In this document: piece after piece, positions 40,301 through 51,510 of the stretch
Layout: every line of letters begins with the position of its first letter
Position numbering within the stretch: the stretch's first letter is position 1
NCBI GenBank assembly: GCA_963924565.1
Contig: OZ004609.1
Span: 27,218,001 to 27,282,000 of the forward strand
DNA: 64,000 nt
Source of the DNA: Ascidiella aspersa
Lineage: Eukaryota
Direction of reading: 5' to 3'
Program-made: the position numbers and the translations under genes
The notes under the pieces: generated by a model
Databases searched by the model: none
Seen by the model: only the letters and a program-made list of their open reading frames with translations
What the model was told of the DNA's origin: nothing

Positions 40301-42291
40301 TTCCGGCATTCGCAAGTCGCGGGTCGGCGGCTCAATGTTGTTGTCTCTGTTGATATGGTGGAAGCTGAACGGCGGCCTGATCAGGTTGGGGCGGACCGTG
40401 CGCGGACCTGGATAAAAGAAAAACGCGACCGGTTAGATCGTTTGGCGGGCGCGCAGTGACAAAAACACATTGAACAAAGGTTGCATGCAAAACAAAAGCG
40501 CGCGTGACGGAACATTTGAGCTTTGGCGTTCGGTCGCGAAACGCGCCCTCCTTGTCGTCGGTCGCTCGCCGCCTTTTGTTCAGGACGGAAAGCGTTCGAC
40601 GTTAGAAAGGCCGAGCGCTTGCATGACCCGCCAATGCTGAGCGTTGTCTCACCTGTTCGGCAATCAAAATTCCAGCACTGCTCTTGACGAAGGCCAGGCC
40701 CCGGGCCAGGGTTTGTAGAACGACGGCGAATTTTTGTTCAGCAACGCAAGAATTCGGCCGACTGACTTATACAGCGAGGCCGCGCTTTCGCGAAATGTTC
40801 CGCCACGAAGCACGAACGCAAAGGGCGACGACGCAAATCAACTGGAACGAAACTGAGGCGAAGCGTGCAAACGAATTGTACATGCAGCAAATGGCAATGG
40901 CATGAAACGTAAATACAATAATGAAGCAAGCAACTAAAACAACAATTATAAGCTCGAGGCAGCTAAGCAACTGTGTTTACATTTATCTGCTTCGATTGTC
41001 ACACTTCAAATTAATTGAAATCCAGCGTTAGCGGTTTAAAACTGCCGCGCAAGCCATCAGACAAACCCTCCATCTTATCGGACTAACCCTCCATTAAAAT
41101 TTGGCTTTTGCGGCGCCAAAACAATTAACTGCAGGCAAGCGCTCGAACCATAACGGCCCACACAAGTCAACGACTATTTTTCTGGCACACTTACCACAGT
41201 TTTGTTCGTCCTCCGAGCCGGAACAGTCGCTTTCGCCGTCACAAAGGGCAATTTTTGGGATGCAGATGTAGTCCGAGGGGCACATGAACTCGTCCGACAT
41301 GCACGTGTCCTCGTATTCCGGGTAATCCGATTCTGTGCTGCTGGCGGCGAGCGGCGCAAGCGATGCCGCCGGCGTTTCCGGCGTTGGCGTGCTAGTGACG
41401 GCCTGGGAGCTGCTGGGCGCTTCACGTCCGTACACTGTGAGTTAGAACGCCAGGGGTTAGCGAACGTTAAGCAAGAGTGAACCGCACTTGAGGAGGATTT
41501 ATATGTTTTGGGGGAATAGGTAGTAATATATTGAAATCGCTCTTCTGGTGTAAACGAAGTAAACCGACGTTTTGGCAGCAGATGAGGTCAGCAGAAGAGC
41601 GATTTCTCTCTATTGATATGTTGCCTGGTGGGGCTAACTTTATTTTTAAGATTATGTAGTAAGTTGACAACAGATTTAATCGCGATCACAAAAATTATGA
41701 GCCCTCTGCTTACATTCACAGATCTCCGGCAACTCGTCGTCCCGTTCCGGGCAATCGGCCCTGCCGTTGCACAGGGCGTCGATGCCCAGCGTCAGCTCGG
41801 GTGCGTTCATGCAGGCGTACTGGTCGGCCGTCAGGTCGTACTGGTAGCCTTCGTAATTGTAGTCGCCGTCCAACGAGGGATCGTAGTTGGCGTCCGGGCG
41901 CTCTGCAAGCACGATAAGGGAAGCCGTTGAGAAAATTGAATGGTTCCGCAATTGGCCCTAGACGCGCGCGCGCCTCGGAACTCGCCATTGCCGACAACAA
42001 ACAACTACGTCAGCTGCCTAGCGTGACGTCACCATGTTTAGCGGTGGCGTCACTACGGTATCATGCAAAGGTAAAAGCGGGATAGGGCGCATTGTACAAG
42101 TGGCATCTCGAAACCATATAAGAAAGTTAACTCAATGAATAGAGCTTGTCCGTGCGCAAAAAACTTTAAATTAACTTACTATCAAACCTGTTATTCAAAT
42201 TAGGTGGCTAAAATAACATCAACTCACCAGTTGGAGCGGCCAGGGCAGCACAGATGGAGATGGCAAAGATAATCACAATTTGTGCGTTCAT
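25339..42291 (-). CDS. Predicted long isoform: GPI-anchored LDLa/mucin/EGF surface glycoprotein (~509 aa)
   Basis: Intact exons with canonical GT-AG and phase-1 boundaries: 42291-42228 (signal peptide [20 protein letters not shown]), 41902-41714 (LDLa, 4 Cys), 41434-41195 (LDLa [24 protein letters not shown]), 36965-36798 (Thr-rich), 30309-30103 (LDLa [16 protein letters not shown]), 26995-26474 (LDLa, ~110-aa Thr-rich stalk, [19 protein letters not shown]), 25478-25339 (EGF end, GRGSSNR, then hydrophobic tail and stop). Individual exons are strong. Joining 41195 to 36965 is inferred from phase compatibility and from the absence of another intact signal-peptide exon. Confidence 0.65.
27000..27500 (-). 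pseudogene. Fossil CUB domain
   Basis: [14 protein letters not shown]...VVWIHVQ...[16 protein letters not shown] (27500-27290), and [12 protein letters not shown] (27050-27012) in frame with the following LDLa; matches CUB cGG..a..g.l.S / C.W.I.v / SD....rGF. Confidence 0.45.
27660..29430 (-). pseudogene. Fossil trypsin-like (S1) domain 3 of the LDLa gene
   Basis: In order on the minus strand: LCG..(29420), SGG..NLCL (~29300-29260), [11 protein letters not shown] (~28970-28936, DIALLKL-like), [35 protein letters not shown] (~28640-28584), then (G)LVSHG..RDW (27744-27660). The run contains frameshifts and stops. Confidence 0.45.
30991..32640 (-). pseudogene. Fossil SRCR + trypsin-like domain 2
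   Basis: [31 protein letters not shown] (32640-32265); [31 protein letters not shown] (32000-31890); [27 protein letters not shown] (31107-30991, S1 C-terminus G.W...S..C.PGvYt.l). Confidence 0.5.
33480..36760 (-). pseudogene. Fossil SRCR + trypsin-like domain 1
   Basis: [28 protein letters not shown] (36680-36604). Then [22 protein letters not shown] (IVNG 36341-36330), YICG..SPD..IVLTT (~35090-35030), [17 protein letters not shown] (NDLAL 34924-34910), [19 protein letters not shown] (~34420-34325), CIQ*SGGL (33622-33599) and [20 protein letters not shown] (33561-33502). All S1 landmarks occur in the correct order. Confidence 0.65.
35517..35786. mobile_element. hAT-type MITE
   Basis: TIR cagtggttctcaaa / ttaaagactcactg; TSD gtatagat / ctatagat. 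Confidence 0.7.
37300..38236 (-). pseudogene. Fossil CUB (38236-37936) and SEA(+EGF start) (37636-37300) exons
   Basis: CUB-like: GFLTS/NFPNGY (1-nt frameshift), [21 protein letters not shown]-like: [42 protein letters not shown], followed by [11 protein letters not shown]. Confidence 0.4.
39653..42291 (-). CDS. Predicted short secreted isoform/gene: signal peptide + 2 LDLa + Pro/Ala-rich C-terminal region (415 aa)
   Basis: Exons 42291-42228, 41902-41714, 41434-41195 and a 755-nt terminal exon 40407-39653 (acceptor ttcttttatccag, phase 1, open for 250 codons, GC-rich codons, ends [10 protein letters not shown]). There is no TM segment. Confidence 0.85.
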
Positions 42292-42874
42292 TCTTGATGC
42301 TTGGTTACGTTTCACGGGTTTAAAAGGTAAAATTCAGTAATAGATACTGTCCGTTAAGTTGGTTATTTAAGTCGTGGTCGTCTAAACAAATAAAACAAAC
42401 AGGTTAAACATCTCATTCTGCCTGAGATAATCGGCAACTATAAGTGACACTAAGCCCCATTCAAAGCAGCGTTCATGACCCCATCGAGGAAACTATTCAA
42501 ATCAAAGTGTTGTGCGTCATTGCGAAACCGTTAATAGAAACCACACACTAAACTACTTTGCACCTGCTGGCAAGTTGCGCTAAATAACAGAAGTTTATCG
42601 CGGTGCATTCCTTTGAATGAATGGAACAATCTCGCTTCGGCTCACTGCTAACGTTAATACTCGAGAAACTATCCTGACCGAATATAGTCCAAAGGTGCAA
42701 TTGTTCCTGTTTTCCATAAGACCTGTATTAACAAAGCAAATTTCTAACTATATCAGCTCTTGCTGGGTTCTTAAAATGCAGACAATGTCAGAAGTCCAGT
42801 TTTAAATACCTGCCACAGGTACCAAAGACAAGGCCAAACAATTGAGTACCGCGTTGCGAAGCGCACACTTTCAC

Positions 42875-42958
42875 ACTGAGGTATTTTGAAATGTCCTCAG
42901 TATATAAGCGAGTCTAGACGACTGCGTTCTTTTACCGACGCCGCTCTGCCTTATTTGG
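42875..42958 (-). promoter_or_regulatory. Candidate core promoter of the LDLa gene: CArG box, TATA, initiator
   Basis: Perfect CArG CCTTATTTGG at 42949-42958. Minus-strand TATATA starts at 42906, and Inr TCAGT has its A at 42877 (29 nt downstream). There is a plausible 5'UTR intron from donor 42809 to acceptor 42382. Confidence 0.5.
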
Positions 42959-43866
42959 AGCTTTTTGTTGGCGAAGGGAAAAAATAACACGTTAGTGAAT
43001 CACGCAGGAGATTTCTATCGCGCCGTAGTTTGCCTTAAACATAATAGAGCCTTGTTCCCCACAGAACACCTCACCAGATTTAACCGATTCGACTCATCGG
43101 CACTTCTCATGCTCAGTTTCCGAACTCTTTTAGCTGGACGTGGCATCAAGGCTCAGCTGAGTTAACACGAAAGAGGCCATTAGTAATTTACACTTGAGAC
43201 AATATGCCGCCTGATTATGTTAACGTACAAACTACTGCAGGTCATTACATCTAATACTCAGATGAATAAAGCAAATCGTAGTGGGGACATATCTCAAGTG
43301 TCACGATTTACTCAACGACTTGCGCCTAAGTAAAAACTTTTTGTCAGGTAAATTGTCACTTTAATTTAAAATTGATTTAAATTTCGCTTACTAGTTAAAA
43401 GACAGAGCTTTCACAAGAGTTCACTTCATGTATTGATCTCAGTACAAATTTGAGTAACTGCTTTTATAAAAAAAAGAAAAAATATTTTAAGCTACGCTTC
43501 TCGGACAAGACAGTGGGTGCAAAACTACTCAATTGTGTAACGAAATAGCCGGGACTTTTTACGTATTTCAGTTTCTCAGTGAGCGGGTGCAAGACAATGT
43601 AAAAATAACGTGACTCTCGCAAGCTTTCTAAATATCAATTAAAAAGAAAACTTTGTAATAAGCATAAACAACCCGGGCCCTGCTCTGTAAATAGTCGGTT
43701 TTGGACAAAGAATACAAATATAAGTTTCCTGGAACTCAACGTTTCACGATACCAACATCTCGCAACTGCAGGTAAACGTTTAACCTGGCATGCTGAAGGA
43801 AGTGAGCGACATGCAAACTTTGGCCAGATTAAATCGCCTATTAATCACATCCTTTGTTCAACTCGA

Positions 43867-44720
43867 GCAAGCTCCCTCTGTCCTAACGAGCCTGCAAATG
43901 GCTCATTTATGGCACATACAATCTCAGCGGGCACGGGTGCCGCTTTTACAAGGTGTTCGGCACACTTTGCAAATACCGCAATTCACGTTGGCGATTTGCG
44001 GTCAGAAAACACGGACGGCGGTGTAAATAGGCTCTGAGACGATATTCGCGTCAGCAGGTGGTTCAACAACACGCCCTCTATTGCCATACTGTCTACACGG
44101 CGCACAAAGGTAGTGGAGACTGGGTAAAGCAGCCACAAGGTAACGCGATAGCCTGTTCTTTAACTGTCCTTTAACTGAGGCTGTTTTAACCTACGCGGGT
44201 AAAGGTACACATTCGTAAAGTTTACCAACAAACACGTTTCGAACAACCGTGCTGTCAAACTGATAAGACTGATAAACGCAAACATTGAGGACTAAAACCG
44301 GAATACTTCTTTGACACTATGCTCTGTACCAGGTTGTTCCTTTGCCATTATGAAACAGCCTTCAACAAATGTGTAGAGGCTTTCGCCTTGCTAAAATGAC
44401 TTTGAAACAACCAACACCAAACCTAACCCGTCCAGACAAACTGGCGCGTCGCGCACAAAAGGTGCGTTCCGCTGGGCTCTTCTTTTTCTGTATTTCTCGA
44501 TCAGGTGAACGCGGCCGAGCGTGAAAGTCGCAACCGCAGCTCGCTCGGTCGCCTTAACTCGCAAGAACTATACCGCGTTTTCGCTGGAAGGCTGACGAGC
44601 TGGCAAAGGCTCCGTTACGGTTAAGTACTTTTTACAACGCCGTTGGTGCACCGCACCCAAGCGGAGCGTCAGCTTTCATTGGCTGGCGTTGTAACTACTT
44701 TCATACAATTTGCGCTTGGT
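43867..44720 (-). pseudogene. Fossil CUB fragment and fossil LDLa at the 3' end of the upstream dead polyprotease
   Basis: CUB: PSANCMKVVTTPANES*RSAW (44719-44657). LDLa at 43971-43867: C-KVCRTP-C-KSGT-R(CGT<TGT)-AR*DCM-C-HK*AI-C-RLVRTEGA-C, which gives the canonical 6/4/6/5/8 spacing, with two stops. Confidence 0.55.
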
Positions 44721-45149
44721 GTGAGTTTTGCGCCGCCTAAAACAGCAAGGCATTCCGGGGATCGCTTGCGGTATCTTTTGGCTCTCCTGCATTGGCAAAG
44801 CCAAATGCCGAGAGGAATTTATCCTTTGCAGAGGCACACTTTTGCGTTTGGGACTTTCTTACGAAAGAGCCCGTGTCAATAAGGTTTTAGCTTTAGTGTC
44901 TATCGCAAATTAACGACCTTCCAATGAGGGCACTTGGGTCGCCATTAACACATCGCGGAAATGTCAAGATCCTTTGGACAACCTAATTGAAAAAAGCTTG
45001 AGAATCGCTGCGGCGCGGTCGGAATGTGTTTGTTGGCGCGCGCCGCAAGTTGGCGAGCCTAATCTGGTGTCACCAGGAAAGTGCAAAATATTTGCACCGG
45101 CCGTTTACTCCCTAAACACGCTTCGGCGGAAAGTCAAGTGGCCTGCCAT

Positions 45150-48100
45150 TCGGTAACCGGCTGATGCTCTTCCATATCGCGGTAACCGCTCGTTTCTAAA
45201 ATAGACCGCGGCTCCGGCTGCACTTTGAGCGTTTGCCGTTCGCGCAAAAAAACACGCAAGTTCGCGAACTCTTGCTTGGAGCGCCGACCGCACAGCACAC
45301 AAGAACACACAGCACGCCCCCGAATAACTCATCGGGCGAAAGTCGCACAAAAAGTGGCCCAAATCGATTTATTACCACGTGCCGACTGATGGCTTGGCGT
45401 GATAACTTGGAAAATCAGCGCGCCGAAATCTAGGCAACGGATTGATTGCCAGATCGCGTTGACGTTCGCCAAAGCGCCTGAGATGTTATTTCGCCCGCAC
45501 AAAGGCACCATTCAGACCCATTGTCCATTAGGCAAGCAGTGGCGCATGTTTGCCTACAGGCCTACAGGATCGCATTAGCAACTCAGCAACGCCGCGGTTA
45601 CCTCGCGTTTGCAGTTTTCTTGAACTCTGTGACAGGCCCAGACCCTGAAAAGTGCCGTTTTTGACGGGAAAGGAATCCTATATAGCGTTGTTATTCCGTT
45701 GCTTGGCTGCCAACGAAGACAAGGTGAAGGCTTTTGACATTTATTTGTCTACAATTCTGACAGGTGGGGCATGCGCGGCATTCCTACAGTCCATATCCCA
45801 TAAAATAAAGTTCTGCTATCGCTTTGAAAGACCTACGGAAAATTGCAACGGCCAACGCGGTCTTTCCTTACTCAGAACGACATACAACGGTCGGACCTTC
45901 GAAAAGCAAACCAAAAAAATGTAATACCAGCATGAAGGAAGTGGCTGATATCGCGTGCAGAAACATAGAAGGAACGACATTAACGACCGATCTGAATTTT
46001 ATTACAGGCGCCGCACGGCCGAACAGCGCCAGCAATTCCCGCACTCGGTAGTCTGACGCCTTATTACGTTATCAGTCGGCAATGATTTTAAAGTTAAGAT
46101 CCCAGTTATGAGTTCTTAACCAAACAGACACAGCTCGTATTACCCGTTTAATGTTTAAAACAACTTTTTCAATACGGCGAGAATCTAATATTTATTGCCC
46201 TCTTAAAAATCTGCATGCTCACTGACATAGAATTTCTACAAGGTGATGATGAGCCGTTTTCTATTTGTTCGTGAGAGCAAACTAACATGGAAATTGTCTG
46301 TCGCTTTACCACCTTTACAAAAAAGATCTATGTTACTGCTCCTACAAATTTGCCCAAAGGTCTATAACTCTAACGTGTCGAGTGCAAAAACGTCGTACTT
46401 GGGCAGCTATCGAGAAAATCAGCTGTGCGTTCATCGACCGTGTAAAAAAATTAGTTTACAGTAAAACAAAAACTCGGTCAACAGGACAACTTCTGTCTCC
46501 CGCGGCGGGAAAGCACTCGTCTCTCCTCCCTTTTTCCAATCACGCCGAAATCAGACGTCTGGTTTTGGCAGGTGGTCCGCACCGAGCTTTAACAACCACA
46601 CTGATTCATCGCCCGGGACGCCACTCGGGCGCTTTTAAAGGCCGGCGAATTATTATTAAAAAGAGCAGAGTTGCCGTAGCTTTCTTGGGGCCGCCCTTCG
46701 GCGATCGTTATTAAACGAAACCGAAATTATAATTTGGAAACACTCGTAACGAGTGTAAGTCGCTGCCAGTCCGTGTCTGGCTCTTACCCCCGCGACTATT
46801 TTCGAGAGCACCTTAAGACCGATGTTGTTTTACGCCAGCGCCCAAACGACCGCACGTGTCGCCGAAAAGCGCTTTCTCCTGTAGTAAAAATTGAAAACAA
46901 AGCGGTAAAAATTGTAGGTTCTGTCCCATATGTTGTACAAAGGTTAACAGCTCAAACGAGTGCCCATCAAAATTTCACAAGGCCCGTTAAGAGTAAGTTA
47001 TTACACCTCAAACTCTGGAGCCTCTAGCTAAAAAACAAACCGCGCAAAATTAAATGATAGGCACTGGAAGGAAAGTTATTGCACTTTGCCCCTCAGATAA
47101 GCGCTTTTATGTCAAGTTTTATTTTTCGGGACAACCGCACACCCCTCTGCCCCAAGGCGTTATCTCTTCTTATCGGTGTGCCAAAGTTCAATTATAGCAG
47201 GTTTACTTCTTGGGGGCGCACTGTCAACACGGCTCGCGTGCGTTGCCAGATCGATGCCTGTCGCCCCGGACAAACAGAGAACGCCAACAAAGTCGACCAG
47301 ATAATGCCCAGGTCACGTAGACTACATATTATTACCGGGCCGCGAAGAGCTAAGCTGAAGTACCCGGTCTCCACACACAGGAGGTGGCGAAGAGTGTGGC
47401 CGACCCACTGGGATCCGACGATTCGCGCGGTAAATGCTACAGCTGACTTTCGCACGTGACCAAACAATAAACCCGCTGAACGAAACCGAACAAACAAGCA
47501 CTGCTAACAGTTACGATTAAATGAGTTTTAGGGACGCTATATATACCTGTACCGAAACCAATTTACACTGCAAGATCTGTTTTTTAAGCAAATGTAATAT
47601 TAGGTATTTTGAACAAAACACGCTGCCGATAAAAAAAACTAATAAACACCGCTAAAGTTGACAATAAAAATATTTTTATGGAAATTAAAAACCTGTACAC
47701 AGGTTACTGAGAAAGCAAATTAGTCTACAAAATTTAAATTGTTCGTCAAACATAAGAATTTTAAATCAAACCAAGTCTATTTACTTAATGTCTATATACT
47801 TTTTTGTGCTGTAAGAAAAAATTGCTGCGAATTAATTTGTTGCAACACGATTAGCGGCGCAATAAAAAACAAACTTTGTCGCCAGGCACAAACACCGTGC
47901 TTTTTCACATCCAGATCTGCGAAAAGTGCTAACTTGCAAACAGGCAGAAGTCGCAAGTTCTTCTGCTGTATACAATCTGCGGACTAAGACACTATACTCA
48001 CCATTCGGTGGGCCGATCAAGTTGCTTCTGGCCATTTTAGTATTTCCCGGGATTATTTAAGCACCCCAGTTGGGAAGAAAAAAGGGCGATTTAAAAAAAG

Positions 48101-49717
48101 TTTTTTTTTTCAACACGTTTTTTCAAACAAGTATTTAGCACGACCGAATTCGCACCGGCAGATTGTTGGAAAGTTTTCAATCGCTTTTAGAACAAAAAAC
48201 GGAATGGCCTGGCAAAAAAACGCGATATAGAACGAGTACATGGCGTAATGGCCAATGTAAAAGGGGTGATATATTACTCCGGTTGTATGTAAATTTCTGA
48301 TGTCATTGTTTTACGATTTTTTACATACTTATTAGGTTCGTATTTGTTCGCAATGCGCAAGACTGTATAAAAGTTTTCACAAAACACAAAATGACATTAA
48401 GGGTCAATGACATTACTTCCCACGCGTTCGCAGAACTTTACTTGTTAACACCTGGGCAGTAATAGCGAAACTGCGACGAGTTGCGCCAACATAACGAAAT
48501 CATGTTTTTATTAATCACTATTCAGTTTAAACAGAACCAGGTTTTATTACAAAAAAAAACTATAGGCCTATATGTTGTTTGTGTTTCACAATTCTTTCGC
48601 TGTTTTAGCGTATAGCTTCATTCAGGATTACAGGGTGAACCATATATTTTATACGTCAAGTATACTTTCTAAACCGAATTTGTGTTCGCGCGTTACCAAA
48701 TGAGTTTTGTTTTATTTTATGTCAGCAAAGAGTTTTTCTGTGGTCGTATGAATCTGTTTGCTCAGAACGTTTTTATATGAAGGCAACGTATAAATTTAGT
48801 CGTTGCTCAAAAAATAGCGAAATAAAGCGAGCCATAGCGAAATTATCTGATAAATGCCGTCATTTACTATACATTTCAAACAAAGCGCTGAGAAAAGAGA
48901 CAAAACTTTTCCAACAAATGAGCCAAGCACCCCTTTAGTAAAACAGGGTAAAATGTCCAACGTTACAAAACCTATATAACCTTAAGTTTGATATTATAGC
49001 CTTGTTTAAGATCCCTAAGAGACATTTTAAGTTGTACGATCAGTACTTTTTTTTTGAGAAAAACTTGGAATCTGTTAGATGCTTTTTATTACACGGGCGA
49101 TGGTTATGAGAGCACCTAAAAATTTTGGTCGCAAAACGATGAAAAGGGAAATCACTATCCCATATAAATCCTCCTGCCAACAACAAACAATTAAAAAGAA
49201 TCCTGAAGCGACGCTAAAACGAACTGCGCTTTCAGCGTTGATAGACAAGCACTTTGGTCCTAATTGGAACGCGCGGCGCGCAATTTTCGGGTGCCGGGAG
49301 ACCAAACGAGTTTGCGCCAGGCGTTCGGTGGTATGCGCGGCACGCGGTGTCACACAAAGGCCGGCACTCGACGCCGCTTTTAATTCGCCCAGCACGGCAA
49401 CTTAAAGCCTGATAAATAACCGGGCGAGGAGTCGTCCTGCGTGCTAACCTCTCGGCGAAAGTGTTTACGATAAAATCTAGTCGTCCTGCTCTGCGGCGGC
49501 CGTCTTTGGGCGCTTTGTCCGCACCAGAAAAGTCAAACATTCCATCGAGCGGCGGCCCTTTTTCGGGAGCCAGAATTTTCGAACAAGCGGCAGCGGCGGG
49601 TTTCGTTTGTGACCCTGATGCGTGTATTTGACCACGGCATAGTTTCAAAATCGCTCGCTCGTTTGGTTTGTGAACTCGCAGATTTCGGAAAAATGGTCGC
49701 GTGCGACAGCGCGCCAA
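45150..49717 (-). pseudogene. Fossil SRCR + trypsin-like domain (best preserved upstream copy)
   Basis: SRCR ..LKLCRG..AAAACSKIL..SCRAGRIKSGVECRPLC (49717-49350). Then ARIVGS (47425), SLALRGPVIICSLRDLGIIWSTLLAFSVC (~47355-47271), PNYNF/FNND(I)A..KLRQLCSFNNN (46737-46645), VITPSHQSAR (~45400), SYSGA (45329-45315, each changed codon one base from GDSGG) and AVYFR (45209-45195). Confidence 0.7.
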
Positions 49718-51114
49718 CTATGGGCTCGAGTTGGCGAAACCGACAACGCTAATTTGTGAATAGTTACAGAAAGTGTTGTAATAAATATTACGCTATAAAA
49801 CAAGCAAACAAACATTACGTCCCAGCTGTTTCACAAAAATCTTAGTCATTTACAGAAACAGACAAACAAGCAACCAATTTAACGTTTGGCATTCTTAAAG
49901 CCTGAAGAATACAGCTCAAATCTTAGAATAAAAAACATGTTTTTGGATAAAATTTGGGAGTCCTCATGATTTAATAACCCACACCCAATATATAAATGTA
50001 TGACAACTGTTTAAAAAAGCACATTTTCGATTTTGGATTCGTCTAGAAATTTCTTAGCGCATATGAATGACATAACAAAATAATAACCTCCAATCTCGAT
50101 TTTTCCATACAGTAGTGCACGTGAATTCGTAACTGCCGAATCACTGTTTAAAATCAAACAACGCGGGGTTAGGTTTAACAATATTATTTTAAGTTTGAAT
50201 GGAGGAAAATTCTGCAACTGTTGAAACAGCTTGGAGTAGATAATAATCTAACAGTCGCACTGACGTAGGTCAGAACCAAACTCACACATTTATCATGATC
50301 AGGTTTGTTTGAGTTGAAGGAGCTATTTTTAGCGATTGCTCAGTTCGCGTTGATAGCTGCTTCAAAAGCTTGCTTTGAGAGCTATTTGATAACCTGTGTG
50401 TTTTACCTGTAGATTAATGCTCATTCAAGTGGCGTCCATTGGCACGAAATCGTGTGTGGTCACGTGCGTTCGACAGCGTCCACTTGACCCCTGATCCCAG
50501 AATGCGTAACGTAGGAATTTCACGCAACCTCCCACGCACGCGCACACGGCGTACGCATTTCTCCCGGCGTCCCGGCCATGGTAAAGGGGCGGAGACCGTA
50601 ATTATACGCTGAACACCGATAGTGTACAATCCCTTTCGATGTCGCAACGTTTATTTTACGCGGCGCTAACAAAGACGGAGGTATTTTGGCGTAACGTAAC
50701 ACTATTTATTCCCGGCAGCTCTAACGGACGTGCATTTGTTAGTTTTGAGTGGGGGCGACCGATCTTCAAAGCGTACCGAGTCAGACCCGATTATACAAAC
50801 CTGACAGTGAGTGGGGCAGGAGAAAAGAGCTTGAGATTGTTTAACCTGACCCAGTTATAAATTCGTATTTGACGGGAGCGCGTGTAAATGGAAACTTACG
50901 CAAAATTTACCTTTACCGTGCTATGTTCCATCCGTGTTCAATTTCGCATAAAGTTCGACCTCCAGGGTGCCGCGAATGTTCTCAGTTACAATACATTAAA
51001 ATAAACTAACACGTTGTTTTCAATGGTGCCAATAGGCTTGGTAATGCCTTATTTAATATTGTAACGCTAACTAAATCACTTTATTTAAGAGAAGTAGTCC
51101 TAACAGTTTTAAAA

Positions 51115-51510
51115 CAGTGGTCCTACAGCCCACAGTGGCAGCGAAAAAACGTAATTCTCATTAGAACAACACAATACCATGACTTTGCAATGCACAAACT
51201 CAAAGCATGTAATCACGTGAATGAACAATTAATCGGAGCTTGTGGTGACGAGCGCAAACACGTTGAAATTACGTTATTCATATTGTAATGTCATTTTGCG
51301 CGTAGGTCGAGCCTGAGTTTGGCTTTCCTTATTTTGTCCCACAATTAGGCCTATGCACGGCATAGTTATCATTATTGTGTTTGTAAGGCTTGGTTTGGAA
51401 AACTAAGTTGCCTGAAAATTTATTGCACAAAATTTCTTAGGTGCTTTGCGGTCCAAGAAAATTGTCTCGCGGACCCCAAAAGAACTGCGGACCCCAGTTT
51501 GAGACCCACT
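51115..51510. mobile_element. Degenerate hAT-type MITE
   Basis: Ends cagtggtcc / tttgagacccactg, with subterminal gcggacccc repeats. Confidence 0.55.
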
